Shown: positions 37,229 through 46,748, numbered from the stretch's first letter. The stretch: 59,292 nt of DNA from Dehalococcoidia bacterium (GCA_035632115.1 DASQHL010000054.1:1-59292), one strand, 5' to 3'. The notes: a model not told the origin generated them from the sequence alone. Program-made: numbers and translations.

Positions 37229-38385
37229 TGACCGAACGCTGCGCCGTCATCGGCATCGGCCAGACGCGGCACGCCTCCCGGCGCGACGACGTCTCCATCC
37301 CCGGCCTCGTCCGCGAGGCCGCCCTGCGCGCCCTCGAGGACGCCGCGCTCGACTGGCGCGATATCGATGCCGTCGTCATCGGCAAGGCCCCTGATATGTT
37401 CGAAGGCGTCATGATGCCGGAGCTCTACCTCGCCGACGCGCTCGGCGCCGCCGGCAAGCCGATGATCCGCGTCCACACCGCCGGCAGCGTCGGCGGCTCC
37501 ACCGCCCTCGTCGCCGCCAGCCTCGTGCAGGCGGGCCTGCACGAACGCGTCCTCACCGTCGCCTTCGAGAAACAGTCCGAGAGCGACGCTATGTGGGCCC
37601 TCGCCCCAAAGCTCCCGTTCCAGCCCGCAGTCGTCGCCGGCGCCGGCGGCTACTTCGCGCCGCACATCCGCGCCTACATCCGCCGCTCCGGCGCGCCGGC
37701 CGATACCGGCATGCGCGTCGCCCTCAAGGATCGCCGCAACGCCCTGCGCAACCCCTACGCCCACCTCCACCAGGAGGACATCACGCTGGAGAAGATCGCC
37801 GAATCGCCCATGCTCTGGGACCCCATCCGCTTTCTCGAGACCTGCCCCTCGTCCGATGGCGCCTGCGCCATGGTGCTCGCGAGCGCCTCCGCTGCCGCCG
37901 CCGCCCCCCGCCCGCCGGCGTGGCTGCGCGCCTCCGCCATGCGCAGTGAACCCACGATGTTCGCCGGCCGCGACCAGGTGAACCCCCGCGCCGGCCGCGA
38001 CTGCGCCGCCGAGGTCTACCGCCAGGCCGGCATCACCGACCCCCGCCGCGAGATCGACGTCGCCGAGATCTACGTCCCCTTCAGCTGGTACGAGCCTATG
38101 TGGATGGAGAACCTCGGCTTCGCGCCCGAATCCGAGGGCTGGCGCATGGTGCTGGACGGCGCCACCGCCTTCGAGGGCGACATGCCCGTCAATCCGTCCG
38201 GCGGCGTCCTCTCCTCGAACCCCATCGGCGCCTCCGGCATGCTCCGCTTCGCCGAGGCCGCCATGCAGGTGCGCGGCCAGGCCGGAGCCCACCAGGTCGA
38301 TGGCGCGCGCACCGCCCTGGGCCACGCCTACGGAGGCGGCTCGCAGTTTTTCGCCATGTGGATCGTCGGCAGTGAGAAGCCCTGA
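37228..38385 (+). CDS. Thiolase-fold (SCP-x/Ltp-like) protein lacking the nucleophilic Cys
   Basis: 385 aa. VHTAGSVGGSTALVAA stands where SCP-x thiolases have the Cys. C-terminal NPSGGVLSSNPIGASGM is conserved, but the CxG Cys is replaced (AYGGGSQ). Confidence 0.8.
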   Translation: MTERCAVIGIGQTRHASRRDDVSIPGLVREAALRALEDAALDWRDIDAVVIGKAPDMFEGVMMPELYLADALGAAGKPMIRVHTAGSVGGSTALVAASLVQAGLHERVLTVAFEKQSESDAMWALAPKLPFQPAVVAGAGGYFAPHIRAYIRRSGAPADTGMRVALKDRRNALRNPYAHLHQEDITLEKIAESPMLWDPIRFLETCPSSDGACAMVLASASAAAAAPRPPAWLRASAMRSEPTMFAGRDQVNPRAGRDCAAEVYRQAGITDPRREIDVAEIYVPFSWYEPMWMENLGFAPESEGWRMVLDGATAFEGDMPVNPSGGVLSSNPIGASGMLRFAEAAMQVRGQAGAHQVDGARTALGHAYGGGSQFFAMWIVGSEKP

Positions 38386-38396
38386 GGAGCGGAACT

Positions 38397-40028
38397 ATGG
38401 AGTTCAACCTCGCTGACCTCTTCGAATGCGTCGCCGACGCCGTGCCCGACCGCGAGGCCCTGGTGCACGGCGACCGCCGCCTCACCTTCGCCCAGCTCGA
38501 TCAGCGCGCGAACCGCCTCGCCCACCACTTCCTCGCCGCCGGCATCCGCCCCGGCGACCACATCGGCCTCTATCTCTATAGCTGCGCCGAGTACATCGAA
38601 GCGGCCCTCGCCGCCTTCAAGGTCCGCGCCGCCCCCGTTAACATCAACTTCCGCTACGTCGAGGACGAGCTCCGCTATCTCTTCGACGACGCCGACCTCG
38701 CCGCCGTTGTCTACCACCGCGAGTTCGCGCCGCGCGTCGCTGCCGTCGCCCCCGCCGTCGCCTCGCTCCGCACCTTCGTCGCTGTCGACGACGGCACGCC
38801 GCCACCCCACGGGCGTCCCGACGACACCGGGTACGAAGCCGCACTCGCCGCGGCATCGCCCGCGCGCGACTTCGCGCCCCGCTCCGGCGACGACCTCTAC
38901 CTGCTCTACACCGGCGGCACCACCGGCATGCCCAAGGGCGTCATGTGGCGCCAGGAGGACATGTTCTTCGGCGGCCTCCAGGGCGGAAATCCCGGCGGCC
39001 CCGATATCACCCGCCCGGAGGAGATCGGCGAGAATGCTGCGCGCAACGCCGCCCCTCCCTGCACGCTGCCCGTCGCGCCGCTCATGCACGGCAACGGCCA
39101 CTGGGCCGCCATCATCGGCATGAACAGCGGCGGCAAGGTCGTCATCGCCACCAGCCACCGCCTCGACCCGCACGAGATCTGGACGCTCGTCGGCAAGGAG
39201 CGCGTCAACGTGCTCTCCATCGTCGGCGATGCCATGGGCCGCCCCCTCGCGGAGGCGCTCGCCGCCCCCGGCGCCGCCTACGACACCTTGTCGCTGGTCG
39301 TCATCTCCTCCGGTGGCGCCATCTTCTCCGAAGCCGTCAAGCAGCAGCTCCGCGCAAGCCTCCCCACCACGCTCCTCATCGATGCACTCGGCGCATCCGA
39401 GGTCGGCCACTCCGGCATGAACCTCGGCGCCAACGAGACCGGCCGCCCGCGCTTCACCGTCGATCCCAACAGCGCCGTCCTGGGCGAGGACCTGCGCCCC
39501 GTCGTGCCCGGCTCCGGTGTCGTCGGCATGGTGGCCCGCCGCGGCCGCATGCCCATCGGCTACTACAAGGATCCCGTGAAGACCGCCGCCACCTTCGTCA
39601 CCGACCCCGACGGCGTCCGCTGGGTCGTCCCCGGTGACCGCGCCACGGTCGAGGCCGACGGCACCGTCACGCTCCTCGGCCGCGGCTCCGTCTGCATCAA
39701 CAGCGGCGGCGAGAAGATCTACCCCGAGGAAGTCGAATCCGCCCTCAAATCGCACGCCGCCATCTTCGATGCCGTCGTCGTCGGCGTGCCGGACGAACGC
39801 TGGGGCGAGCGCGTCGCCGCCGTTGTGCAGCTCCGCCCCGGCCACGCCCTAACGCTCGCGGAGCTCGATGCCTACGCCCGCACGAAGGTCTCCGGCTACA
39901 AGGTGCCGCGCCTGCTCACCGTCGTCGATGAGGTCTTCCGCTCCCCCAGCGGCAAAGCCGACTACAAGTGGGCGAAAGCCCGCGCCATCGAGACACAGAC
40001 GGCCGCCGCCGGCCAGGCGAAAGGATGA
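38397..40028 (+). CDS. Acyl-CoA synthetase (AMP-forming, FadD-like)
   Basis: LYTGGTTGMPKGV, GEKIYPEEVE, SGKADY. Confidence 0.9.
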   Translation: MEFNLADLFECVADAVPDREALVHGDRRLTFAQLDQRANRLAHHFLAAGIRPGDHIGLYLYSCAEYIEAALAAFKVRAAPVNINFRYVEDELRYLFDDADLAAVVYHREFAPRVAAVAPAVASLRTFVAVDDGTPPPHGRPDDTGYEAALAAASPARDFAPRSGDDLYLLYTGGTTGMPKGVMWRQEDMFFGGLQGGNPGGPDITRPEEIGENAARNAAPPCTLPVAPLMHGNGHWAAIIGMNSGGKVVIATSHRLDPHEIWTLVGKERVNVLSIVGDAMGRPLAEALAAPGAAYDTLSLVVISSGGAIFSEAVKQQLRASLPTTLLIDALGASEVGHSGMNLGANETGRPRFTVDPNSAVLGEDLRPVVPGSGVVGMVARRGRMPIGYYKDPVKTAATFVTDPDGVRWVVPGDRATVEADGTVTLLGRGSVCINSGGEKIYPEEVESALKSHAAIFDAVVVGVPDERWGERVAAVVQLRPGHALTLAELDAYARTKVSGYKVPRLLTVVDEVFRSPSGKADYKWAKARAIETQTAAAGQAKG

Positions 40029-40032
40029 CCCG

Positions 40033-40839
40033 TTGAGCGACGCCCTCCTCATCGAACGCGACGGCCGCGTGCTGATCCTGACCATGCACCGTCCTGAGGT
40101 GAAGAACGCGCTCAACCCGGAGATGCTCTGCCGCCTCGCCGACGCCTGGGACGTCGCCAATGCCGACGACGAGGTCCGCTGCGTAATCCTCACCGGCGCC
40201 GGCGGCGATTTCTGCGCCGGCGCCGATCTCGACAAGCTCGTCGCCCGCTCCATCGCCAACCTGCCGCCGGAGGACGAGTTCGAGGCGCGCTGCCGCGAGA
40301 ACCCCGACACCATCTTCCGCGGCCTGCTCCGCAGTGTCCGCCTCGCCAAGCCCCTGATCGCCGCCATCGAAGGCTACTGCGTCGCCGGCGGAACGGAGAT
40401 CCTCCAGGCCACCGACATCCGCGTCGCCGGCGAGGGTGCGGTCTTCGGCATCACGGAGGTCAAGTGGGGCCTCTTCCCCCAGGGCGGCTCCACCGTCCGC
40501 CTCCGCCGCCAGATCCCGTACACCATGGCGATGGAGCTCCTTCTCACGGGCGACACCTTCCCCGCCGCCGACGCGCTCCGCTTTGGGCTCATCGGCCGCA
40601 TCGTCGCCAAGGGCGGCGCCCTCGCCGCCGCCCGCGAGATCGCCGCGCGCGTCTCGGCCAACGGCCCCGTCGCCGTGCGCAAGGTCAAGCAGTCCGTGCA
40701 GGAGACCGAGGCGCTGCCCGAGCGAGAGGCGCTCGACCTGGAGTTCAAGATCGGTATGGAGGTCTACGCCACCGAGGATGCCCGCGAGGGCCCGCGCGCC
40801 TTCAAAGAGAAACGCGCACCGCAGTTCAAGGGACGCTGA
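40033..40839 (+). CDS. Enoyl-CoA hydratase (crotonase family)
   Basis: TTG start at 40033. LILTMHRPEVKNAL, VILTGAGGDFCAGADL, EGYCVAGGTE. Confidence 0.85.
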   Translation: MSDALLIERDGRVLILTMHRPEVKNALNPEMLCRLADAWDVANADDEVRCVILTGAGGDFCAGADLDKLVARSIANLPPEDEFEARCRENPDTIFRGLLRSVRLAKPLIAAIEGYCVAGGTEILQATDIRVAGEGAVFGITEVKWGLFPQGGSTVRLRRQIPYTMAMELLLTGDTFPAADALRFGLIGRIVAKGGALAAAREIAARVSANGPVAVRKVKQSVQETEALPEREALDLEFKIGMEVYATEDAREGPRAFKEKRAPQFKGR

Positions 40840-40866
40840 CGCCGCCACGGGAGGGCGACGAACGAC

Positions 40867-42060
40867 ATGTCACTCGACTTCACCCTCGGAGAGGAACACC
40901 AGCTCGTCCGCGCGTCCGTGCGCGCCATGCTCCAGAAGTACCACCCCCGCCGCGACGAGTTCCGCCAGATGAACGCCGAGCGCAGGTTCCCCCAGGAGCT
41001 CTGGGACGACTTCGCCGCCATCGGCCTCCTCGGCTGCCTCGTGCCGGAGCAGTACGGCGGCACCAACGCCGGCCTCCTCGCCCTCACCGTCGCCTTCGAG
41101 GAACTCACCGCCCAGGGCTTCCTCCCCGGCCTCATGCTCGTCACCTCCATGGACGCCGCCTGCATCGTCCGCAACGGTACCGAAGAGCTGAAGCAGCGCT
41201 TCCTGCCCGAGATCGTCGCCGGCAAGCTCAAGCTCTGCTTCGCCGTCACCGAGCCAAACGCCGGCACGAACACATTCCGCGTCGAAACCCACGCCCGCCG
41301 CGATGGCGACGGCTACCGCGTCAACGGCCAGAAGGTCTTCATCACCGGTGTCGAGCAGGCCGACTACATGCTCCTCGTCGCCCGCACCACCACCGTCCAG
41401 GAGCTGCAGGCGCAGGGCAAGCCCAAGTCGCAGGGCCTCTCGCTGTTTCTCGTGGACACGAAGTCTCCCGGCCTCCAGAAGACGCTGCTCCCCACGCCCT
41501 CGAACGATGGCGCCGGCCAGTGGCAGCTCTTCTTCGATGACGTCGTCGTCCCAGCCGGAAACATCGTCGGTACGGAGGGCAACGGTGCCCTCGCCATGTT
41601 CAACTCGCTCAACCCCGAGCGCATCCTCGCCGCCGCTATCTGCGCCGGCATGGCCCAGCAGTGCCTCGACAAGTCCGTCGCCTACGCCAAACAGCGCGTC
41701 GTCTTCAAGGACACCCCCATCGGCGCCTACCAGTCGATCGCCCACCCCCTCGCCGAAGTCAAGATTTGGCACGAGGCCGTGAAGCTCATGATGTACCGCG
41801 CCGCCTGGTCCTTCGACCAGGGCCTCGACCCGCTCGAGGTTGGCACCCAGGCCAACATGGCGAAGTTCCTCGGCGCCGACCTCGCCCTCAAGGCCGTCGA
41901 TGCCGCGCTCGAGACCCACGGCGGCAACGGCTTCTCGGAGGACTACGGCATCATCCATCTCTGGTTCGGCGCCCGCCTCTTCAAGACCGCACCCGTCAGC
42001 CGCGAGATGATCCTGAACTACGTGTCCGAGTGGAGCCTGGGGCTCCCTCGCTCCTACTGA
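40867..42060 (+). CDS. Acyl-CoA dehydrogenase
   Basis: 397 aa with CFAVTEPNAGTN, YAKQRVVFKDTPIGAYQSIAHPLAE and ETHGGNGF. Confidence 0.9.
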   Translation: MSLDFTLGEEHQLVRASVRAMLQKYHPRRDEFRQMNAERRFPQELWDDFAAIGLLGCLVPEQYGGTNAGLLALTVAFEELTAQGFLPGLMLVTSMDAACIVRNGTEELKQRFLPEIVAGKLKLCFAVTEPNAGTNTFRVETHARRDGDGYRVNGQKVFITGVEQADYMLLVARTTTVQELQAQGKPKSQGLSLFLVDTKSPGLQKTLLPTPSNDGAGQWQLFFDDVVVPAGNIVGTEGNGALAMFNSLNPERILAAAICAGMAQQCLDKSVAYAKQRVVFKDTPIGAYQSIAHPLAEVKIWHEAVKLMMYRAAWSFDQGLDPLEVGTQANMAKFLGADLALKAVDAALETHGGNGFSEDYGIIHLWFGARLFKTAPVSREMILNYVSEWSLGLPRSY

Positions 42061-42092
42061 CCGCGCCGCAAGCAAGGACCGGAGGATCCGCC

Positions 42093-43310
42093 ATGGTGCA
42101 ACTGACCGAAGTCGACCTCTACAGCCCCGATACCTACATCGACCGCGTCCCGCACGACGTCTTCAAGCTGCTCCGCCGCGAGTCCCCAGTCCACTGGCAC
42201 CGCGAGGCCAGCGGCCCCGGCTACTGGGCCCTCACAAAGTACGACGACATCGTCGCCGTCTCCCAGGACTCCGCCACCTTCTCCTCCGCCCGCATGGGCA
42301 CCAATATCGATGACCCCTCCCCCGACGGCCTCGCCATGCTCCAGACGATCATGCTGAACATGGACCCTCCCCGCCACACCGTCTACCGCCGCCTCGTCGC
42401 CACCGGCTTCACCCCGTCCATGATCCGCAAGCTCGAGCCGCACGTCCGCGCCATCACCACCGACATCGTCGATCGCGTGGCCCGCAGCGGCGAATGCGAC
42501 TTCGTCACTGCCGTCGCTGCCGAGCTGCCGCTCCAGGTCATCACGGAGATGGTTGGCGTCCCCCACGACGACCGTCACAAGATCTTCGATTGGTCCAACC
42601 GCCTCATCGGCTTCGATGACCCGGAGATGACCACCTCGCCCGAGGACGGCCAGCGTGCCGCGACCGAGCTCTTCCTGTATGCCCACCAGCTCGCCGCCCA
42701 GCGCCGTGACACGCCCCGCGACGACCTCGTCAGCGTGCTCCTCCAGGCCGAGGTCGACGGCGCCGCCCTCAGTGAGCCCGAGTTCGATGCCTTCTTCCTC
42801 CTCCTCTGCGTCGCCGGCAACGAGACCACCCGCAACCTCATCTCCGGTGCCATGCGCACCTTCATCGAGCACCCGCACCAGCGCCGCCGCCTGATCGATG
42901 ACCCCGCGCTCATGCCCCTCGCCGTCGAGGAGATGCTGCGCTGGGTCTCGCCGCTGATCTACTTCCGCCGCACCGCCACCCGCGACACCGAGATCCGCGG
43001 CCAGCGCATACGCGAGGGCGACAAGGTCGTCATGTACTACCCCTCCGCCAACCGCGACGAGGAGATCTTCGATGACGCCGACACCTTCGACGTCGGCCGC
43101 GCGCAGAACCCGCACGTCGCGTTTGGCGGCGGCGGCCACCACTTCTGCCTCGGCGCTAGCCTCGCCCGCCTCGAGATCAAGGTGATGTTCGAGGAGATCT
43201 TCCGCCGCCTCCCGGACATCGAGCTGGCCGGCGAGCCGCGCCGCCTCCGCTCCAACTTCATCAACGGCCTCAAGCACCTGCCCGTCCGCTACACGCCGGA
43301 GCGCGCCTGA
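42093..43310 (+). CDS. Cytochrome P450 (CYP125/CYP142-like by motif)
   Basis: ATG 42093 follows GGAGGA. I-helix VAGNETT, EEMLRW, and heme loop FGGGGHHFCLGASLAR. Confidence 0.9.
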   Translation: MVQLTEVDLYSPDTYIDRVPHDVFKLLRRESPVHWHREASGPGYWALTKYDDIVAVSQDSATFSSARMGTNIDDPSPDGLAMLQTIMLNMDPPRHTVYRRLVATGFTPSMIRKLEPHVRAITTDIVDRVARSGECDFVTAVAAELPLQVITEMVGVPHDDRHKIFDWSNRLIGFDDPEMTTSPEDGQRAATELFLYAHQLAAQRRDTPRDDLVSVLLQAEVDGAALSEPEFDAFFLLLCVAGNETTRNLISGAMRTFIEHPHQRRRLIDDPALMPLAVEEMLRWVSPLIYFRRTATRDTEIRGQRIREGDKVVMYYPSANRDEEIFDDADTFDVGRAQNPHVAFGGGGHHFCLGASLARLEIKVMFEEIFRRLPDIELAGEPRRLRSNFINGLKHLPVRYTPERA

Positions 43311-43328
43311 CCCGCGCAGGAGACGCCC

Positions 43329-44456
43329 ATGCACACCAGCCTCTGCGACGACTTCGGCATCGAGTTCCCCATCTTCGCCTTCAGTCACTGCCGCGATGTC
43401 GTCGCCGCCGTCAGCCGCGCCGGCGGCATGGGCGTGCTCGGCGCCCTCGCCTTCACCACCGAGCAGCTCGAGATCGAGCTCCGCTGGATCGATGACCACG
43501 TCGATGGCAAGCCCTACGGCGTTGATGTCGTCATGCCAGCATCGTCCGTCGGCGAAGGCGCCGGTGCCCTCGATCTCGAAAAGATGATCCCGGACGCGCA
43601 CCGCCAGTTCGTCGAGGACACGCTGCGCCGCTTCAACGTGCCGCCGCTCCCCGCCGATGTGCCCGCCGCCGCCGGCCTTCTCGCCTGGACCCACGACAAG
43701 GCCCGCACCCAGGTCGAGGTCGCCCTCGCCCACCCCATCCGCCTGCTCGCCAACGCCCTCGGCGCGCCCCCGCCTGATGTCATCGAGAAGGCGCACGCCC
43801 ACGGCGTGAAGGTCGCAGCGCTCGTCGGCAACGCCCACCAGGCGCAACAGCAGGTCGCCGCCGGCACCGATATCATCGTCGCGTCCGGCTACGAGGCCGG
43901 CGGCCACACCGGCGAGGTCACCTCCATGGTGCTGATCCCGGAGGTCGTGTCCGCCGTCGCGCCCCGCCCGGTGCTCGCCGCCGGCGGCATCGGCAGTGGC
44001 CGCCAGGCCGCCGCCGCCCTCGCCCTCGGCGCCCAGGGCGTCTGGACCGGCTCCATCTGGCTCACCGCCGCCGAGTCCGACACCCACCCCGTCGTCCAGC
44101 AGAAGCTCTTCGCCGCCACCTCGCGCGATACCGTCCGCTCCCGCTCCATGAGCGGCAAGCCCGCACGCCAGCTCCGCACCCCCTGGACCGACGCCTGGGA
44201 CGCCCCCGACTCGCCGGGCGCCCTCCCCATGCCGCTGCAGTTCATGGTCGTCGCCGAGGCCCAGAGCCGCATGCACCGCTACTGCGGCGACGAGCGCACC
44301 GGCGCGAAGGATCTCGTCGGCACGCCCGTCGGCCAGATCGTCGGCAGCATGCGCTCGGCCCGCCCCGCGCGCGAGATCATCTACAGCATCGTCGAGGAGT
44401 ACGTCGAGACCGTCGCCCGCATGAACGCCACGCTCGACGCCCCCGTGCAGGGCTAG
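43329..44456 (+). CDS. Nitronate monooxygenase family FMN oxidoreductase
   Basis: FPIFAFSH, GGMGVLGA, ASGYEAGGHTG, AAGGIGSGRQ. Confidence 0.85.
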   Translation: MHTSLCDDFGIEFPIFAFSHCRDVVAAVSRAGGMGVLGALAFTTEQLEIELRWIDDHVDGKPYGVDVVMPASSVGEGAGALDLEKMIPDAHRQFVEDTLRRFNVPPLPADVPAAAGLLAWTHDKARTQVEVALAHPIRLLANALGAPPPDVIEKAHAHGVKVAALVGNAHQAQQQVAAGTDIIVASGYEAGGHTGEVTSMVLIPEVVSAVAPRPVLAAGGIGSGRQAAAALALGAQGVWTGSIWLTAAESDTHPVVQQKLFAATSRDTVRSRSMSGKPARQLRTPWTDAWDAPDSPGALPMPLQFMVVAEAQSRMHRYCGDERTGAKDLVGTPVGQIVGSMRSARPAREIIYSIVEEYVETVARMNATLDAPVQG

Positions 44457-44462
44457 CCGCCG

Positions 44463-45491
44463 ATGAAACTCGGACTCGCCACCGGCTACTGGACCGCCGG
44501 CCCGCCCGCCGGCATCGAACAGAGCATCGCTGCCGCCGAGGACCTCGGCTTCGACTCCATCTGGACCGCCGAGGCCTACGGCTCCGACGCCCTCACCCCG
44601 CTCGCCTGGTGGGGCGCCCGCACCTCGCGCGTCAAGCTCGGCACGTCCATCGCCCAGATCTCCGCGCGCACCCCCGCCGCCATGGCCATGGCCGCCATGA
44701 CGCTCGACCACCTCTCCGGCGGCCGTTTCATCCTCGGCCTCGGCGCCTCCGGCCCGCAGGTCGTCGAGGGATGGTACGGCCAGCCCTACCCCCGCCCGCT
44801 CGAGCGCACCCGCGAGTACATCGAGATTATCCGCCGCATCGTCGCCCGCGACGAGCCGCTCGCCTTCCGCGGCCGCCACTACAACGTGCCCTACGCCGGT
44901 GGCACCGGCCTCGGCAAGCCCCTCAAGTCGATCGTCCACCCGCTCCGCCGCGACATCCCCATCTACCTCGGCGCCGAAGGCCCGAAGAACGTCGCCCTCG
45001 CCGCCGAGATCGCCGATGGCTGGATGCCCGTGTTCTTCTCACCCCAGAGCGACGCCTTCTACCGCGCCGCACTCGCCGAGGGATTCTCCCGCCCCGGCGC
45101 GCGCCGCCGCCCGGAGGACTTCGATGTCCCCGCCGCCGTCTCCGTCATCATCAACGACGACGTCGAAGCCGCCGCCGACCGCTTGCGTCCGACGCTCGCC
45201 CTCTACATCGGCGGCATGGGCGCGCGCACCCAGAACTTCCACTACGACGTCTTCGTCCGCCTGGGCTACGAGGACGCCTGCCGCCGCATCCAGGACCTCT
45301 ACCTCGCCGGCAAGCCCCGCGAGGCCGCCGCCGCCGTCCCGACCAGCCTCGTCGAAGACGTTGCCCTCATCGGCCCCCCCGCCAAGATCCGCGACGATCT
45401 CGCTGCCTGGGAGCGCACCGTCGCCACCACCCTCCTCGTCGGCGGCCCCCCCGCCACCATCCGCGCCATCGCCGCCCTCGCGCGGCCGTGA
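44463..45491 (+). CDS. LLM-class F420-dependent oxidoreductase (Rv3520c-like subfamily by N-terminal pattern)
   Basis: MKLGLATGYW...DSIWTAEAYGSDALTPLAW...GRFILGLGASGPQVVEGWYG. Confidence 0.85.
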   Translation: MKLGLATGYWTAGPPAGIEQSIAAAEDLGFDSIWTAEAYGSDALTPLAWWGARTSRVKLGTSIAQISARTPAAMAMAAMTLDHLSGGRFILGLGASGPQVVEGWYGQPYPRPLERTREYIEIIRRIVARDEPLAFRGRHYNVPYAGGTGLGKPLKSIVHPLRRDIPIYLGAEGPKNVALAAEIADGWMPVFFSPQSDAFYRAALAEGFSRPGARRRPEDFDVPAAVSVIINDDVEAAADRLRPTLALYIGGMGARTQNFHYDVFVRLGYEDACRRIQDLYLAGKPREAAAAVPTSLVEDVALIGPPAKIRDDLAAWERTVATTLLVGGPPATIRAIAALARP

Positions 45492-45554
45492 CCTGCCGGT
45501 GCGACGCCAGCGCGTCGCGCGCATGAACACCTCCCCCCCACGGCAACTCAGGCG

Positions 45555-45590
45555 CCCCTTCCCGCGCGGGAAGGGGTTGGGGGGTAGGTC
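45555..45590 (+). repeat. Hairpin-plus-tail repeat, copy B (CCCCTTCCC-gcgc-GGGAAGGGG + TTGGGGGGTAGGTC)
   Basis: 9-bp stem, 45555-63 paired with 45568-76, with the conserved G-rich tail. Confidence 0.8.
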
Positions 45591-45757
45591 GCGCGTCCTG
45601 CGCGTCGAATGGCGGTGCGCCCGCCGCACGCAACCCGCGCTCCCACCTCCCGTCTCCCGCCTCCCGCTCGGTCGCGCCCGTTCCCCGCGGCCGCCCCCTC
45701 GCGTACACTCGAACCGGCGCCGACACCGGTGCCACGCGCACCGATCGGAGGCACACC

Positions 45758-46729
45758 ATGGTCGCGATCTTCGGCGACATCACCGCACGGGACGACTACA
45801 CCCACCCGCTCGGCCCGGAGTCCAACTTCAACGAGAGCATGTACTTCAACTTCTTCGACCGCGCGAAGAACACCGGCGGCTTCCTCCGCCTCGGCAACCG
45901 CGCCAACGAGGGCTACGCCGAGATGACCCTCACGCTCTACATGCCCGACGGCAGCGTGCTCTTCCAGTACAAGCGCCCCGAGATTTCGACCAACGACGCC
46001 ATGGACGCCGGCGGCATGCGCTTCGATGTCGTCCGCGGCCTCGAAGAGCTCCGCACCACCTACGATGGCTTCGCCGTCTACCTCACCGACCCCGCGCAGA
46101 TGGCCGACCCCCGCGCCGCCTTCAAGGACAACCCGTTCAAGAAGGTGAAGGTCGATCTCGTCCACACCGCCGCCGGCCCCGCATACGGCAGCACCGGCGC
46201 CAACCACCGCGTCGTCGATCCCGAGAAAGAGTTCGCGAAGGCCCACTACGAGCAGCACATGCGCGTCCACGGCACCGTCCAGGTCGATGGCCAGGCGCTG
46301 ACCATCGACGGCCTCGGCCTGCGCGACCACTCCTGGGGCCCGCGCTACTGGCAGGCCATCTGGTCATACCGCTGGCTCACCATCAACTTCGCCCCCGACT
46401 TCGGCATGATGGTCTCCACCGTCTACCGCGACCGCGACCACCGCACCCAGGCCGGCGTCGTCTACCGCGGCGACAAAATGGACCAGATCGTCGGCGTCGA
46501 TATAGACACCACGTTCGAAGACAACGGTCTCTTCCACCGCGACCTCATCGCCCACCTCACGCTCAATACGGGCGAGAAGCTCGATGTCAGCGGCAAGGTC
46601 ATGGGCTTCATCCCCCTCCGCAACCGCCGCGAAGGCATGACCACCCACGTCGGCGAAGGCATGACCGAGTTCCGTTGCGGCGACGCCGTCGGCTACGGCC
46701 TCTCCGAATACCTCGACCAGGTCGAATAA
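45758..46729 (+). CDS. Conserved hypothetical protein, beta-rich, function unknown
   Basis: 323 aa. GGAGG lies 7 nt before the ATG and codon usage is genome-typical. The GLGLRDHSWGPRYW motif is reminiscent of AttH/CrtC-type hydratase-like folds; this is unverified. Confidence 0.8.
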   Translation: MVAIFGDITARDDYTHPLGPESNFNESMYFNFFDRAKNTGGFLRLGNRANEGYAEMTLTLYMPDGSVLFQYKRPEISTNDAMDAGGMRFDVVRGLEELRTTYDGFAVYLTDPAQMADPRAAFKDNPFKKVKVDLVHTAAGPAYGSTGANHRVVDPEKEFAKAHYEQHMRVHGTVQVDGQALTIDGLGLRDHSWGPRYWQAIWSYRWLTINFAPDFGMMVSTVYRDRDHRTQAGVVYRGDKMDQIVGVDIDTTFEDNGLFHRDLIAHLTLNTGEKLDVSGKVMGFIPLRNRREGMTTHVGEGMTEFRCGDAVGYGLSEYLDQVE

Positions 46730-46748
46730 CGTGGCCATCTCGCCTTGC

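Noticed and set aside
42054-44939. 961-aa minus-strand ORF. Similar giants occur at 30637-32952(-), 6162-7781(-), 7684-9225(-), 25619-27232(-), 36149-37171(-), 37003-38325(-), 38328-39845(-) and 40870-42075(-).
   Set aside because: They are antisense to genes with unmistakable family motifs (P450, NMO, SBP, SufB/D, UPF0182, thiolase-like, FadD, FadE). Their translations are low-complexity Gly/Ala/Asp/Arg/Val strings, typical of stop-codon-poor antisense frames in about 70% GC DNA.
45609-45926. 105-aa ORF starting just after hairpin repeat copy B, considered as a possible repeat-driven small gene.
   Set aside because: It is Pro/Arg/Thr-rich and low-complexity. It overlaps the strongly supported 45758 gene in another frame, and it has no SD at the right spacing.
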